DNA of 64,000 nucleotides from Polymyxa betae A26-41 (Eukaryota; Protista; Endomyxa: Phytomyxea). Shown here in pieces: positions 27,001 to 38,551 of the stretch. Numbering within the stretch: position 1 is the first letter of the stretch; each line of letters starts with the position of its first letter. The notes under the pieces were generated by a model. The model saw nothing but the letters and a program-made list of their open reading frames with translations, was not told the DNA's origin and searched no databases. Location: assembly GCA_003693705.1 (NCBI GenBank), contig RBZT01000672.1:178838-242837 (forward strand). Reading direction: 5' to 3'. The translations under genes and the position numbers were made by a program.

Positions 27001-28142
27001 TCAGACTAGTTGGTGGAACCCAATCATCGATTCCGAACCCCTATGAGAAACTTAGATAGAGCATTCGCAGGTCGTATGGATATGAACCTGGTAGCTGCTA
27101 AACCAGAACCAAGCACAGGCTACATAGTGACAGATGGTGATCGTGTAGATCAGCAGCTTCAGCAGACGGATCAGGAACGGGTTCGCCTCGCGAGACTTCT
27201 CCAGGTCGTCGATCAAGAACACGATCTGGATGAAACCGAGCAGTTTGTTGGCGCCGATCAGGGCCGTTGCTTCTGGCTCGAACAGCCTCACCATATCCTA
27301 CCATCATCATCATTAGAAGAATGATTGTAAGATAGAGAGAGAGTGAGAGAGAGAGAGAGAGAGAGAGACGCACAAAGTTGTATCATACCATTGGAATAGC
27401 ACAGATGAAGTCAATGGTGAACTCTTTACGAAGGTAGTTTCGTCGGATACGAACCGGGTCTCGAACCAGCTGCCCTTCGTCCATGAAAGCCTGACGAAGC
27501 GGCGTCAATCGTGATCAAACCCGAACCCCAATTCGAGCGGCGAATACCGTTCGAAATTTTCTGACGATGTCCAGCATGAAGAATACATCGATCAGAGCGA
27601 GCGTTAATGTGAGCGTCAACGTTTCTCGATGGAATGCTGCAGGAAATTGCTATGAGAGACAGAAGGAGCATGGCGCTGGGGGGTACCTGCATTAAAAGGC
27701 AACGACAGCATGATATAGGTGATTAGACAAGTTAATATCGAGAGCCAGATGGTGACGAACAGAGAATCAGGAGTCAAAATCAACGGTCTGTAAAACCAGA
27801 TCGTTTATCATCCAGCTATCTGGTGATAGATTCCATCTAATACCTGTCTTCCTGGTCCTCTTCCTCATTATCAATGATACCAAAGCTCTGCTTGATGGAG
27901 CGCCGCTTCCTTTTCTGTGGTCTTTGAACCACATTGCCACCGATCGATAACTTTGTGGAATCCTCATCAGAGCTATCGGGACCCGAAGACGATTTGCTGA
28001 TATCATCTCCCTGCCGTGCCGAATTCCCTGAATTCGTCGCCAGATATTCTTCAGGAACAACCTTTCCGGGCTTGTATCGAGACGAGTGCGGCGAATGCTG
28101 TGAGCCAGGTGATCGAGGCGGTTTCTGCGGCTCGTTTAGCAT
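24058..28142 (-). CDS. Two-repeat cyclic-nucleotide-binding-domain (CNG/KCNH-superfamily) ion channel
   Basis: Repeat 1: TM exons 27780-26850 (DVFFMLDIVRKFRTGF..LVRDP.RI..NYL; HYVACAWF; YLYSLYFA), C-linker LTNLPLEIR and CNBD FGESAA. Repeat 2: TM exons 25750-24850, C-linker LEDLPQSLR and CNBD MYFVLKGKV..GACFGEMAMLTNAVRTASIMA. Confidence 0.85.
27333..27368. repeat. (GA)n/(TC)n microsatellite within an intron of the channel gene
   Basis: agagagagagtgagagagagagagagagagagaga, flanked by a short (CAT)n run at ~27302-27313. Confidence 0.9.
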
Positions 28143-28945
28143 GCTATTTCCTGCTGATGTCAGCGATCGTCATGGGTACTGATGACAGGGACCGTCATGG
28201 CTATCAGAGAGGGATCCGTCCATCATGATTCGCAGCGTTTAGTTTCTCGTATTGTTCAAGGGTACCAACATCTTGACTTTCACAACGATTATAGACAATG
28301 GTCTCAAACGGATTGCATTCCGATGTATTTCGCTTCCGGCATGCGGCTGTATACATAGCATTCTAATTAAGTCAAAAAAGAGACTATCGGGCGAACCCGA
28401 TCGCTACGTTGTCGCTAGGTCTTGGCGATGGACCTAGCTTGAGAGCGAAAGCATCATTAGACGACCAGTAATCATTACACTATAAACTGGCAAGGATGAC
28501 ATTGCAAGCTGTATTGCATCTATTACCATCAACTGGTATTCTTATCCAGCGTAATAGCGGGATTGTACCGAGTCTGCTGTTTGTTTTTCTAAACACATCG
28601 GCGTCGATCTTGGAAACAGGGATGGGCCTCAGCTCAATCAACAATGTGATGCTGTTTGAGCCAAGTAGCGATTCGCTGACAGTACCGGACCTGTCACTAT
28701 GCGTTCGCGGACTCATCTGGAATTCAAATTATCCGGGCCCAAGTCACAAGACCCCAAAGCAGACGGCAAAAGCCAAAAAGTAAACGTTACGCACTTCAAC
28801 CAGCGTCTTATGTAACATGATGAGATATGATATCTTGCATGACCGCCTTCCAGTGCGATGCATGACCCCGTAAGCGATCCCTTGGCAGTGGTCGGCTACC
28901 AACCCTCGGCTTCATTCAATATTAATTCTGATTGAGTTCGCATCT

Positions 28946-29194
28946 ATGAAGCTGTTCGGTTGTTTACTGCTGGGGGCGCTTGGTGTCATGGGAGTCGCCG
29001 CTCAGCCTAATAATGATGATCAAGCACAGCAATCGCAACTGTCACGTTGCAGCCCAAGTTTTCAAAAAATCGCCTGCGCTGTGAAAGGTTCTACTGGACA
29101 ATCTGAAGGAGACCCGGACTCGGACTCGGATACACCGATATGCGGTGCTTGTAATGGCCAGCAAGTATGGTATTGCTCCTGTCGTAGGGCCTAA
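28946..29194 (+). CDS. Small secreted cysteine-rich protein (3' end may be spliced further)
   Basis: Signal peptide MKLFGCLLLGALGVMGVAA and 6 Cys in the mature region. A possible donor caa|gtatgg lies at ~29165. Confidence 0.6.
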   Translation: MKLFGCLLLGALGVMGVAAQPNNDDQAQQSQLSRCSPSFQKIACAVKGSTGQSEGDPDSDSDTPICGACNGQQVWYCSCRRA

Positions 29195-30115
29195 TCATAC
29201 CAACATAATATGGTACGAACTACTACCATCATACGTTGAGTTGGACTTAATGAAAGCGTTAATTTGTGTTTGCGGTGACATCGGGACATTAGAAATGAAT
29301 GGATACGGTACGACCCCGAGGCGCTCGTATTACGGCCCTGCTTCTCCTTGATTCTAGATTCTTGATCGTCATGGATGTAGTTCTTGTAATTCGGAATCAA
29401 ATTGATGTATGGCGCTGATATCTCCAAACTTATAGTTGTCTGTTTAAATCAGTAGATGGCTGTCGAAGTTGATGATTAATGCGTTGACGAAGATCATCGA
29501 CAACGTATCCAATGTTAGATATATTTCAACAAACAATGTATTGTTTACTACTGAATCACACGAAAACCAATTACTTGAGGATGGCACTATTATTGCTCTT
29601 GGTTATCCATTGAATATCGACAATGACAATTAATGGGCAACCCTTGAAATCCTCAATTACCAATGAAGTGTTAAAGGAATATGGGGAATTTCACAAAACC
29701 AGCATCACCTAAGAGAATTTCCAAGACAGGTAAAAGAGATTACAGCTGATAATATACTGAAATAAATTGACAATGAGAAACAACATGATGATTCAAAACT
29801 TAATTGAATCACTAAGACAACAAATTTTACAAGATGCATTAATTGCAGAGATCTTTAGTCCAGATTGCTGGCTCTCCAGCACTTGCTTCGGTCTTTGCTG
29901 CCCAACGAAATAAAGCATTGTTCCATACCAAGCTAAAACTGCCCAATGAATCCATGAATCAACTTTCAGAGTGAATAGAAGAGTGTGAGAAAGTGAAATG
30001 GCAACAGATTTTATATGACACTGTGACCAAGGCATTTTGCGCGCGCTTTTAAACTTTGTTTAGGCCAAGCCATTCAAAGTTGCTCATAATTTAAAAGTAC
30101 TGATTTAGTGATACC

Positions 30116-32378
30116 ATGACTCTCATTCCAGGGCGTCGACAGACCCTGGGCGTCATCAATACCAATGTCCCGACACGCCCGATCACGTTAGGGCAAAAAC
30201 GTGCATCGCTGGCGCCGCGATTGTCGATGGCCTCGTCCGGCCGGCGTTTATCTCTGTAGTTGTTGATACAGTCGCGATCTGCTGCGGTTTAAGTTGCCTG
30301 TCAGTTTCAATGGTGGACGTCCGGCTATCGCAGCTGATCCTCGTCCTGTCAGCAGCAAGGCGTTTCAGCAGGACAACATTCGCGCTCTTATTAAGTTTCT
30401 GACACTTCATCAGTATGATCGGGAGATTTCCCCAAAAATTCTTTTCGCTCCCACTCGGTTCGTTAATTGATTTTTACATCCTAAATGGTGCCAATGGTTT
30501 GCTCAGAAATGATGTCTTACATATTGCTACATTCTTGTTTTGTCATCTGGATCCTAACTTTGCATTCGATCCGAATAGTCAAAGCCTGACCGAGGACTTC
30601 CCTGCATTCTTCGAGACCGCTCTTGGTTGGTCATATTTCGCAAAGAATGCATTTTGGAGCTGATTCGTTTGTGTAGCATATCCCTTTAAAATTAGCAAAC
30701 GGAGCCTGCAATCGGTTGGATCTCCACACACATGGCCGTCGCTGCTTGCGGCATTGGTTTGGCTTATTGATCTTATCACCAGCAAAGAGGCGATCGAACA
30801 GGAACAAATGAAAGATCCCGCAGCACTCACAAATCAGAGCGAAAAAGTGTTCTACGAGTATCTAGCAGCTGCCTATATGAAGTTTCTGGAGGGTGCTGAT
30901 AACTTCTCTTTTATGGAGACAGGGCTCGCCAACCAGTTCAAGGTAAACCTTGTTTCTGCTGTTTTAGAATTCATTCAAAATGCAGTCAGTAGGAACGTAA
31001 CGCTCAAATTCATGATGAGTCTGAAGAGTTTCGGAGAGATATTCAAGAAGTGAAGCAGGAAATTCTCATGCTGCAGACATCGCGATCTGATCTGGCAGAA
31101 GCTCAGGTATCACATTGTAATCCGTGGTCATCTTGATACCCCTTTCAACCTTTAACAGGAACGAAGGCGCAGCTTAGCTATCGATGTGGCGAAATACGAG
31201 AAACTTCGAGATGAGCTCCATGAATATAAGGCCAGGCTCACTAACGAGCGCATCACTTTAGAAGAAGAAGTACGAACTTATTTACTCTCTGTACTGTTGG
31301 ATTGTTAACTGCTGTTTAGGTTGCCGGTGCCAATTCCAAAATCAGTGAGGCAAAAGCAGAGTTATCGCATCTTCAAGATCAACTTGATAAACAAGAAATG
31401 TCCCCTGCCGACGTTGCTCGGATTCAGGTAATGCTTTTTAAATGGATCCAAATAACGCTAACAGCCTTCTTTCTACAGAATGAACAGAAATCATTACAGC
31501 AGAATCTTGATAAATTGCAAAACGAATGCGAAGAAGTTTCGCAGAAAAGCTGGAGTGCTGAGGTATTGCATACATCGCCCAAATTAAAGAATTCATGTAG
31601 AAATTTACAATGCTTTAGACTAATCTGGCTCGAATCCAAAGCGAGCTGACTCGAGTTGCTGAAGAATATAACGAGATTTGCGTTCGTGTTGGGTTACTGC
31701 CACTTAACGACTGCCGATATGGGCATGGAATTGATTATGAGCTGAGACTGAACCTTGAGGGGGCCACAATTGATGATATTCTTGGCGGAACTGATTTAAA
31801 ACGGGTTGTGAAACCAGCGCTGGTTAAGTTAAAACAGAGCTTCAATAAGACTGTCAGGAAACAGGTATCATTGCTGCTGACGGCTGATTTTACACTGAGA
31901 TGTCTTATATGTTAGGCTGCAGAGAAACGTCGCGCTCAGGAGCAGTTGACCACGACAACAGACCAAAGGACAGAGCGCGCTGATGAATTACAACAGCTTC
32001 AGGTTTTAAGGGAATCCATTTGGGTGACAATTCACTTATTGATCGGATCAGAATCGATTAACCAAGCTAGATGCTTCATATCGCGAACAACGGGATCAGA
32101 AGAACGAAGAATTAAAGCAGCGTCTGGCAAAACTAGAGGATCTGGAACTGTCAACTCAAGCTTTGGAAAAGTCGCATTTTACCGCTTTAGCCGAAAGCGA
32201 AGAAGAATTGCAACAGGCAAAAGCAGCATTAACCCGGATCATGTGTCAGTGTAATGAAGAAGCAGATGTCGCACGTACCGTTGTCATGCAACATTTGGAA
32301 CAGCTTGCTGCTCATAAAGTTTATGTTGGAAAGACACTACAAACTCTTGAAGATCTGTCCACTACATATCTGGATTGA
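30116..32378 (+). CDS. NDC80: Kinetochore protein NDC80/HEC1
   Basis: Basic N-tail, [63 protein letters not shown], then long coiled-coil exons. Confidence 0.9.
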
Positions 32379-32612
32379 ATTGGCTACAAAATCCGAAATA
32401 TTGTTCTAAATATATACAAACCGGTTGGTGATTGTTTTATCAACTCTGGAAGTCGAGAGCCACTATATTGTTTTAAAGTAGTTTCTCCAACTGGTCCGGC
32501 TCTGTGTTTTCATCAACAGGGTCTTGTCCATAGTTTCTTCATACCTGTGCAGCAGATTGGAATTTGTGAAGACTTGCGCCTATTCATCAGTAACTTCGGA
32601 TTCATATATTCC

Positions 32613-33140
32613 ATGGCGGCCAATGACCGCATTGCTTGTGGGTCGTCAGACGCCCGTGATCAGCAGAGCGGCGGTCATGGCGAGACGATACGGTCCATCA
32701 TCGCTAGCAATCTGGAATCCGATCACGAGAACCGAATCCTTTCGTTAGCTTGCATGAAGCAGTTCACGACATTGATATTTCAATGGCAGTCTGTCGATCC
32801 AGTGATATTTCTCATCAACACGACAGAATCGGAATCGACGCCACCCTTCCCGATACCCGATCCGTTGACGTCGCGTTCGTTGAAGCGTGCCATACTCGAT
32901 CATATTCGTGATGGGTATGCACCAGAGACCGACCCGATTGGAATCTCAGCTGTGCCTGGATCAACAGCACAGACTATTCGTGCGATCAGCCGAGCGACAG
33001 CTCTCTGCTATCATCCATGGATCAGAAATCTCTGCGCACGACAGCCCGACTTTCGACTCGGTCGAATTTGGGCCTTCTTTCATGATACGTTCAGGTTCGA
33101 GCCAGTAATGCCACACGTTCCTGACAGCATCTGGCTCTGA
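32613..33140 (+). CDS. Hypothetical single-exon protein (~175 aa)
   Basis: Uninterrupted ORF from ATG 32613 filling the gap between NDC80 and a convergent gene. No recognised motif. Confidence 0.4.
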   Translation: MAANDRIACGSSDARDQQSGGHGETIRSIIASNLESDHENRILSLACMKQFTTLIFQWQSVDPVIFLINTTESESTPPFPIPDPLTSRSLKRAILDHIRDGYAPETDPIGISAVPGSTAQTIRAISRATALCYHPWIRNLCARQPDFRLGRIWAFFHDTFRFEPVMPHVPDSIWL

Positions 33141-33257
33141 AAAATCTCGTTCGTTTGAGCGAACAATCTGAAAGAACAACGCAGACGTTTGAATATAATC
33201 ATGATACTATTGTATTTTCGTTCGAAGTTGAGGAAACGGGCGTTGAATGGTCCTCGA

Positions 33258-33770
33258 TCATGTAGCCGGTGGTATCGAGACGGTCGCGCCCGAATCGATA
33301 ATCGCTTTGATCAGTTCAAAGGGAAGAGGCTTGTTCTTATCCAGTGTGATCGTGATCGTCACCTTGCCGGGCGTCGACGTCGAATTCGTCGAGTTCGCCG
33401 TCGTCCCGTTGATGCTCGGTACCCGTCCCCTGACGCTCGGCAGATCCGGCTGGGGATCGTCCTGGTCTCGATTGGGGTCCCTTTCGTCGTCCGGAGTCCG
33501 AGCAGGACTTTTAATCAGGGTGATGTTGCTGGATTTCGACGGCTTTGGCCGGCTTGAATCGTTGTTGTTGGAGACCAACGACAACAGACGATCGAACAAC
33601 GTCTCGCCTTTGGTCAGGATTCGCGTGAACTCGCCGAGCGTCATGTTGGAGGCGTTCAGCGCTCGCAGAATCTCTTCGGTAGAGCCGGTCGAGTTACCGA
33701 CCTGGGCCTGGGCGTAACTGACAAAGACGACGGTCAGGTAGATGGGTATGGAGTAGCTTAAACCTTTCAT
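33258..33770 (-). CDS. Secreted Ser/Thr/Asn-rich single-exon protein (effector candidate)
   Basis: Signal peptide MKGLSYSIPIYLTVVFVSYAQA, multiple N-x-S/T sequons, no Cys and GC-rich third codon positions. Confidence 0.7.
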   Translation of the reverse strand: MKGLSYSIPIYLTVVFVSYAQAQVGNSTGSTEEILRALNASNMTLGEFTRILTKGETLFDRLLSLVSNNNDSSRPKPSKSSNITLIKSPARTPDDERDPNRDQDDPQPDLPSVRGRVPSINGTTANSTNSTSTPGKVTITITLDKNKPLPFELIKAIIDSGATVSIPPAT

Positions 33771-33889
33771 GATCGAAATCTTTCTGATCAAAGGCGTCCG
33801 GTATCATACGGAAAGAGTTCCGAAAACCTTGACTCATTGTTCGGAAGCGACCATGAAAACCTCAAAAGCCGCCCGGAAGCAATAGCGAA

Positions 33890-34733
33890 TCAGTATGAGA
33901 AGGTAGGCGCCAATGCCTGCCAGTATTGGTTCTCGGTGAGATAACGTGATGGGATATCAGGACTTGGTAGAGAGATATCACTACAATAGGGATTGTATTC
34001 AGTAGTCCAGATCCAATCATCACCTGTTCAATATTAATGCTTAATAAACGGGATTCAGATGATAGACGGCTTACTCGTATAGCCCCATTCCACAAGCCTG
34101 TCCTCATCGTCTTCGCATTCTTCAAAATTATAGGCGGTGATCACCAGACCTGCGAGAACAGACGTTATAATTTGCTGGAAGGCGATAGCAGATAGATGAT
34201 CAACCTAACAGGGTATTCTGTCGAGCAAATTGAACTGATTCCTTCCACGAATCATACGCCCATATACCAGCCTAATTAACACATTTAATATTATGAATAT
34301 CAGATGATAATGGACTACCTGGAACATGTAAACAGCATGGGGTTTGTCATAGTTCAACATTGCATCTATATTGTAGATACCAACAATAAAGTCAATGATG
34401 ATGGTCAGGACAGTCCCGCTCTGACTATTATGGATCAGCTGAATAGAATTTCTGTGGATTTATGAGAGGTTGCCGTGCTGGTAAATGGGCTACAAACTGT
34501 TGGGCTAAATTAGGTCCAATGAAGACCAGATGTATTCGGTTCATGAGCCCATCGACGAACTGGAACAATGAGGCAAACGTCTGCTGAATAAACGTTTGCT
34601 CTTGAGAATCAGCACCAGCGATATGCAGTATTAGTACATCAGGATATACACCGTTAGAGAGTCGTTTTAAAGAGGAGATTATTGTATCAGATCGGCTGCG
34701 ATCATGTCCTATTGGAACTCTCATTGCTGTCAT
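33890..34733 (-). CDS. MSS51 C-terminal-like domain protein
   Basis: LHIAGAD..E, LVFIGPNL, PHAVYMFQAGIWAYDSWKES, VITAYNFEECEDD and NPY..ENQYW resemble the recalled MSS51_C motif order. Confidence 0.55.
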
Positions 34734-34872
34734 TATTGAGATAACAAAGCTGCAAATCTATCCAATTCTACAGCCCGTAGCGCACTTATTTGTGAATCTT
34801 CGAAATTTTAAAACAATTTTGCTCTATATATTAATTATAGACGATTAGCTGACCACGGTCAGCGTCAGGAAA

Positions 34873-37152
34873 TTAATGCTGCTCTACGGTTGGATAGAGA
34901 TGAACCGGCTTGTTATCGGACGTTCGTAACGGGATCTGTGAGAATAGCATTCCTTTCTTCTGGACTCCGTTTCGGAATGTGATAGCATTGTTGATACGAG
35001 AATCTCGTGAGAGTTGATCCAGTGCAATATTCCATACTTGAGCGTCAGGCTCTAAACCACAATGTTCGAATGCTGTGGCGGATAGGTGATCGAGCGCGAC
35101 AGGACCCTGGGAAGCTTTCAATACGTTCAACGCTTCCTTGAAAATAAGAACAGCACGCCTCTTTCGTAAAGCACGACGTCGCTGCCTGAGAATGAACACA
35201 GATACAGAAATGATCGCAAGCAAGACGGCGGCAAACACAGGAGCATGTTCCAGAAACCAATGCCGAATTGCACATAGAAATGGACGTGAGGGCTGGGTGG
35301 CCCATACACGAGCAGGATTAGAAGCATAATGAAGTGATGATGTAGTATTTAACCGAACAAGATCCATCGTCTAAGGAAACGTTCACATTAGAATCATATA
35401 ATGGAATGGGCAATAGGGACCTTTCGTAATGCATCCTTATATCTGTTCTGCCTTCCATAGAGCTGGAATAGATGACGTTCAACGTCCTGCAATGATAAAT
35501 ACGGTTCTCCTTGATCTCCGCATAAAACTCGGCCTAGATGCCGGGAGCATAACGAGCTAATATCGTCAGACATATCTTCCGATAGCAACACGACCTGAAC
35601 AGTCACTTAAGCCCAAAATACATCAGTGCGTTTGCGAGACGCATACTTCGGGATCGTCAACACAGCGATGGTTCTGTAGGACGAGACCTTCAAAGCAATG
35701 GGCTTTTCCAGATCGGTCACATAGGGCCCTTGCAGGACATGGAATACATCCCGGCAGAGCAGGGTCAGATGGATTCGATGGGCAGTAAACAACTGTTTCA
35801 CGTAATCGAGGGAACAGGATCGACACGAACACACCAATCGCTACAACCACGACACTTATTAGTAAATAACGCCATAAAGAGGGCCTGGACGGGGCTGTAG
35901 GGACCACAACAGTTTGCCGAACAACACGTCTAGGAGCACTGGCTCCTCCAATTGAGAACAGATTTCGCGGTTCAACAGAAGCCTGGAATTGGTTTAACAA
36001 ACTCCATCCATAATTCAATAACAGTATTTACTTTGGGAGTTGTCGTCAACGGCGATGAGCCTTTGATCGAATGAAGTTGATTCTTAACTGATCCCTGAAC
36101 CTGACATGAGCAGCTAACTACAGAGCATCAAAAGGACAGACCTGGCTGGTTTGTCGAACCGGTTGCCGGGTAACTGACGATGAAACCACTCGGAATGGCG
36201 ATTTGACCAAATCTCGCCTACTACGAACAACGGAACTTGCCTCGGCCCGAGCCGATTCCTTTTTGGATTTCTTTCCAGAGCCAGACTGAAACGGATTCCG
36301 ATCAGATGTTGTCAATATTGGAGACTGATAGGAGCGGTCTGATTGCCCATCCTATGACGAAATCAGTGAATGGAATTCATAAAACCTGAAGCTCTAACAT
36401 TGACCGGCGATCCTGGAGGAATGGAATCCATAGAGCGAGATTCTGCTGCAGGTGACATCACAGCTGGACTTTCTACAATAACAGTCTCTACTTCGGTTAA
36501 ACTTGATAGAAATTTCTTGTAAAAAGTTCAGTACAATAACACAAAACAAGCTGGCAATCCCTACAGGGTTAATCATCGGGGTGCCAGATAATGACTTCCT
36601 TCCGAGAGATTTGGTTCGCTTCTTCGGTGTCGTATCTTCAGAAATTTTTGCTGGACTCGGTTTCCCTTCCGAAGTTGGTTCAACCTCATCAGAGCTCTTC
36701 CTTTTGCGGGAAGTAACAGACCCTCGACGTTTAGTTGTAAGCGCTGTCTTGGGAGGCGATTTCGCAGCGGAACGTTCGCGTTCTTCAATGGCATTCTCCT
36801 AAGGACGGTTTAGACTAAAAGTGAAGCAGCTGCGAGAGTAACCGACACGTTTTTCAGTTAATTTTTTAACAGCAAGAGTAACAAATTCAGCTTTTTTGGC
36901 AGTCGATGCAGGAAGTTGGACCTAAACCACTCGAATTGATATCGAGAATCGATTTGGAGAAAATTAACAGCAAAGTTGTATCTTTCATACTTCATTATCT
37001 GTCAGCCACATCTTCAACTGGGCGATCGTAGAGCCTCTGGAGACAAAATCGTCAATGTCATCCCAGTCGGAATCGCCGATGTCAGCGAGCTGATCGGGCG
37101 ACTTCTCCAGCAGATCGCTGAAATCGGTCTCTCCAGCTGGGGCAGGCGCCAT
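34873..37152 (-). CDS. Inner nuclear membrane protein of the Src1/Man1 (LEM-MSC) type
   Basis: N-terminal HeH/LEM-like segment (TIAQLKMWLTDNEVQLPASTAKKAEFV), S/P/R-rich linker, TM1, luminal Cys cluster YCPSN..GCIPCPARALC..HCFEG..CVDDPE, TM2, then a winged-helix-like end (HL...W..L..DSRI). Confidence 0.8.
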
Positions 37153-37613
37153 TTTCTATGATCCCTTCGTCAACTTCGCCTAAATCCTTTCACCAGCCTG
37201 GGACACTGGCGTCCAGGACAAAACGTGCAATGACGAATTCAAACCTGATCCAAATGGTGAAGTGGGGAATTTGGGGAAGGCCGCGCCTTTCCCACTTTTA
37301 CGTTTCTTCATCTGCAAACACCGAGTTGATCTGTTTGTTGCTATTGCTCTTTCAGGGTTATTTACAAGTTCAGTTCACATCCTTGTTGATAGCAGTCAAG
37401 TCTATAAACCGAATGGATCCGGCGATTGCCCGCCAGTCGAGTTCAGTTGCTGACCATTCATTTTCAATCCTGAAATCTGATATTTTGCATCAGGTGTTTT
37501 ATTGTGCTGCACATAGATTGTAGAATTGGTTCGTATACTTTGTACTTTGCATTCGTAAAGGTGCCGATCAGTTGGTGTTTTTGGTATTGAATGCAGTGAT
37601 GCTGGCCCGTCAC

Positions 37614-38248
37614 ATGGGATCGATCGAGATTCTGGTAGCTGTCTTGTTGCTCTCGATCTCTCACGCGGATGTCTTTGACAACATACGAAGCGTGAATGAT
37701 GGCAGTCTATCTGCTTCGAGATTTCGCTCGCTTTTAGAGAATAATGGCAGCGATGACGTTGCTCTCATAACTGAAGATGGCATATCCCCTTTATATATGG
37801 CTACTTGGTTTCTTCTGTATATTGATTTCGCTTTCTCGATGAAGAGCTCATTCCGATATAGCGACAATCAGTGTCCTGACGAGATGATGGAAGTCGTTTC
37901 AACGCTTTTAAATACGGATATCGAACAGTCGGAACGAGATCGTGCTCTCCTTTTGGCAATTCACCTGTTGATGCTCAGGTTGGTATTAGACTCTCTGCAA
38001 TAGCCTGAAGATAAGAGTTCTTGTTAGAGAGCGTCGTTTATCGGATGATGCCTTGAGGTTGGCTGAAGACTTAGTTCGAATTCTGATCGGATATGGAGCT
38101 CGGGTCGATGCTGTTAATCGGCATGGTCAGTCACCGCTCTCTGAAATCGAATCTATCTCTGGTCATTCGTACGAACGATTCTGTCAATGCAGAACGTAGT
38201 TTATCTAATCGATTTATTGTAGACCTTTGTTCTCTATCGCTCAAATAA
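37614..38248 (+). CDS. Secreted ankyrin-repeat protein (effector candidate)
   Basis: Signal-like MGSIEILVAVLLLSISHA. Ankyrin-like motifs DGISPLYMA and LVRILIGYGARVDAVNRHGQSPL. Confidence 0.6.
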
Positions 38249-38551
38249 TCGTGCATGCACCCAGAGCAAACAAATCGAAATTGGGGCAAATGACTATCTG
38301 GCTATCGTCGTTTGGTCAGAGGCTGCTAGTCAAATTAGTACAGTATTAATCGTTTAGATTTCTGGAAATTAGGGATACATATATCGAATAAATTGAGCTA
38401 TCCAGTAGACGAGTCGTCGTTTCCATATTTTTTTTTGACAAATCAACGGAATTGGCAGACTTAGCCTAAAGTTGCATTCGATCGCAGTGTACCTTTGATC
38501 TAACAGAAATCCTTTAACTGTATCTATCAGTCGTAAGTCTTAAAGGCTCCG

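Noticed and set aside
27098-27373. ORF with an LSLSLSLS/MMMM hydrophobic N-terminus resembling a signal peptide
   Set aside because: It is a translation artefact of the intronic (TC)n and (ATG)n microsatellites.
28252-28783. Short ORFs in the gap between the channel gene and the secreted protein
   Set aside because: Mostly non-ATG starts with no motifs. Treated as intergenic.
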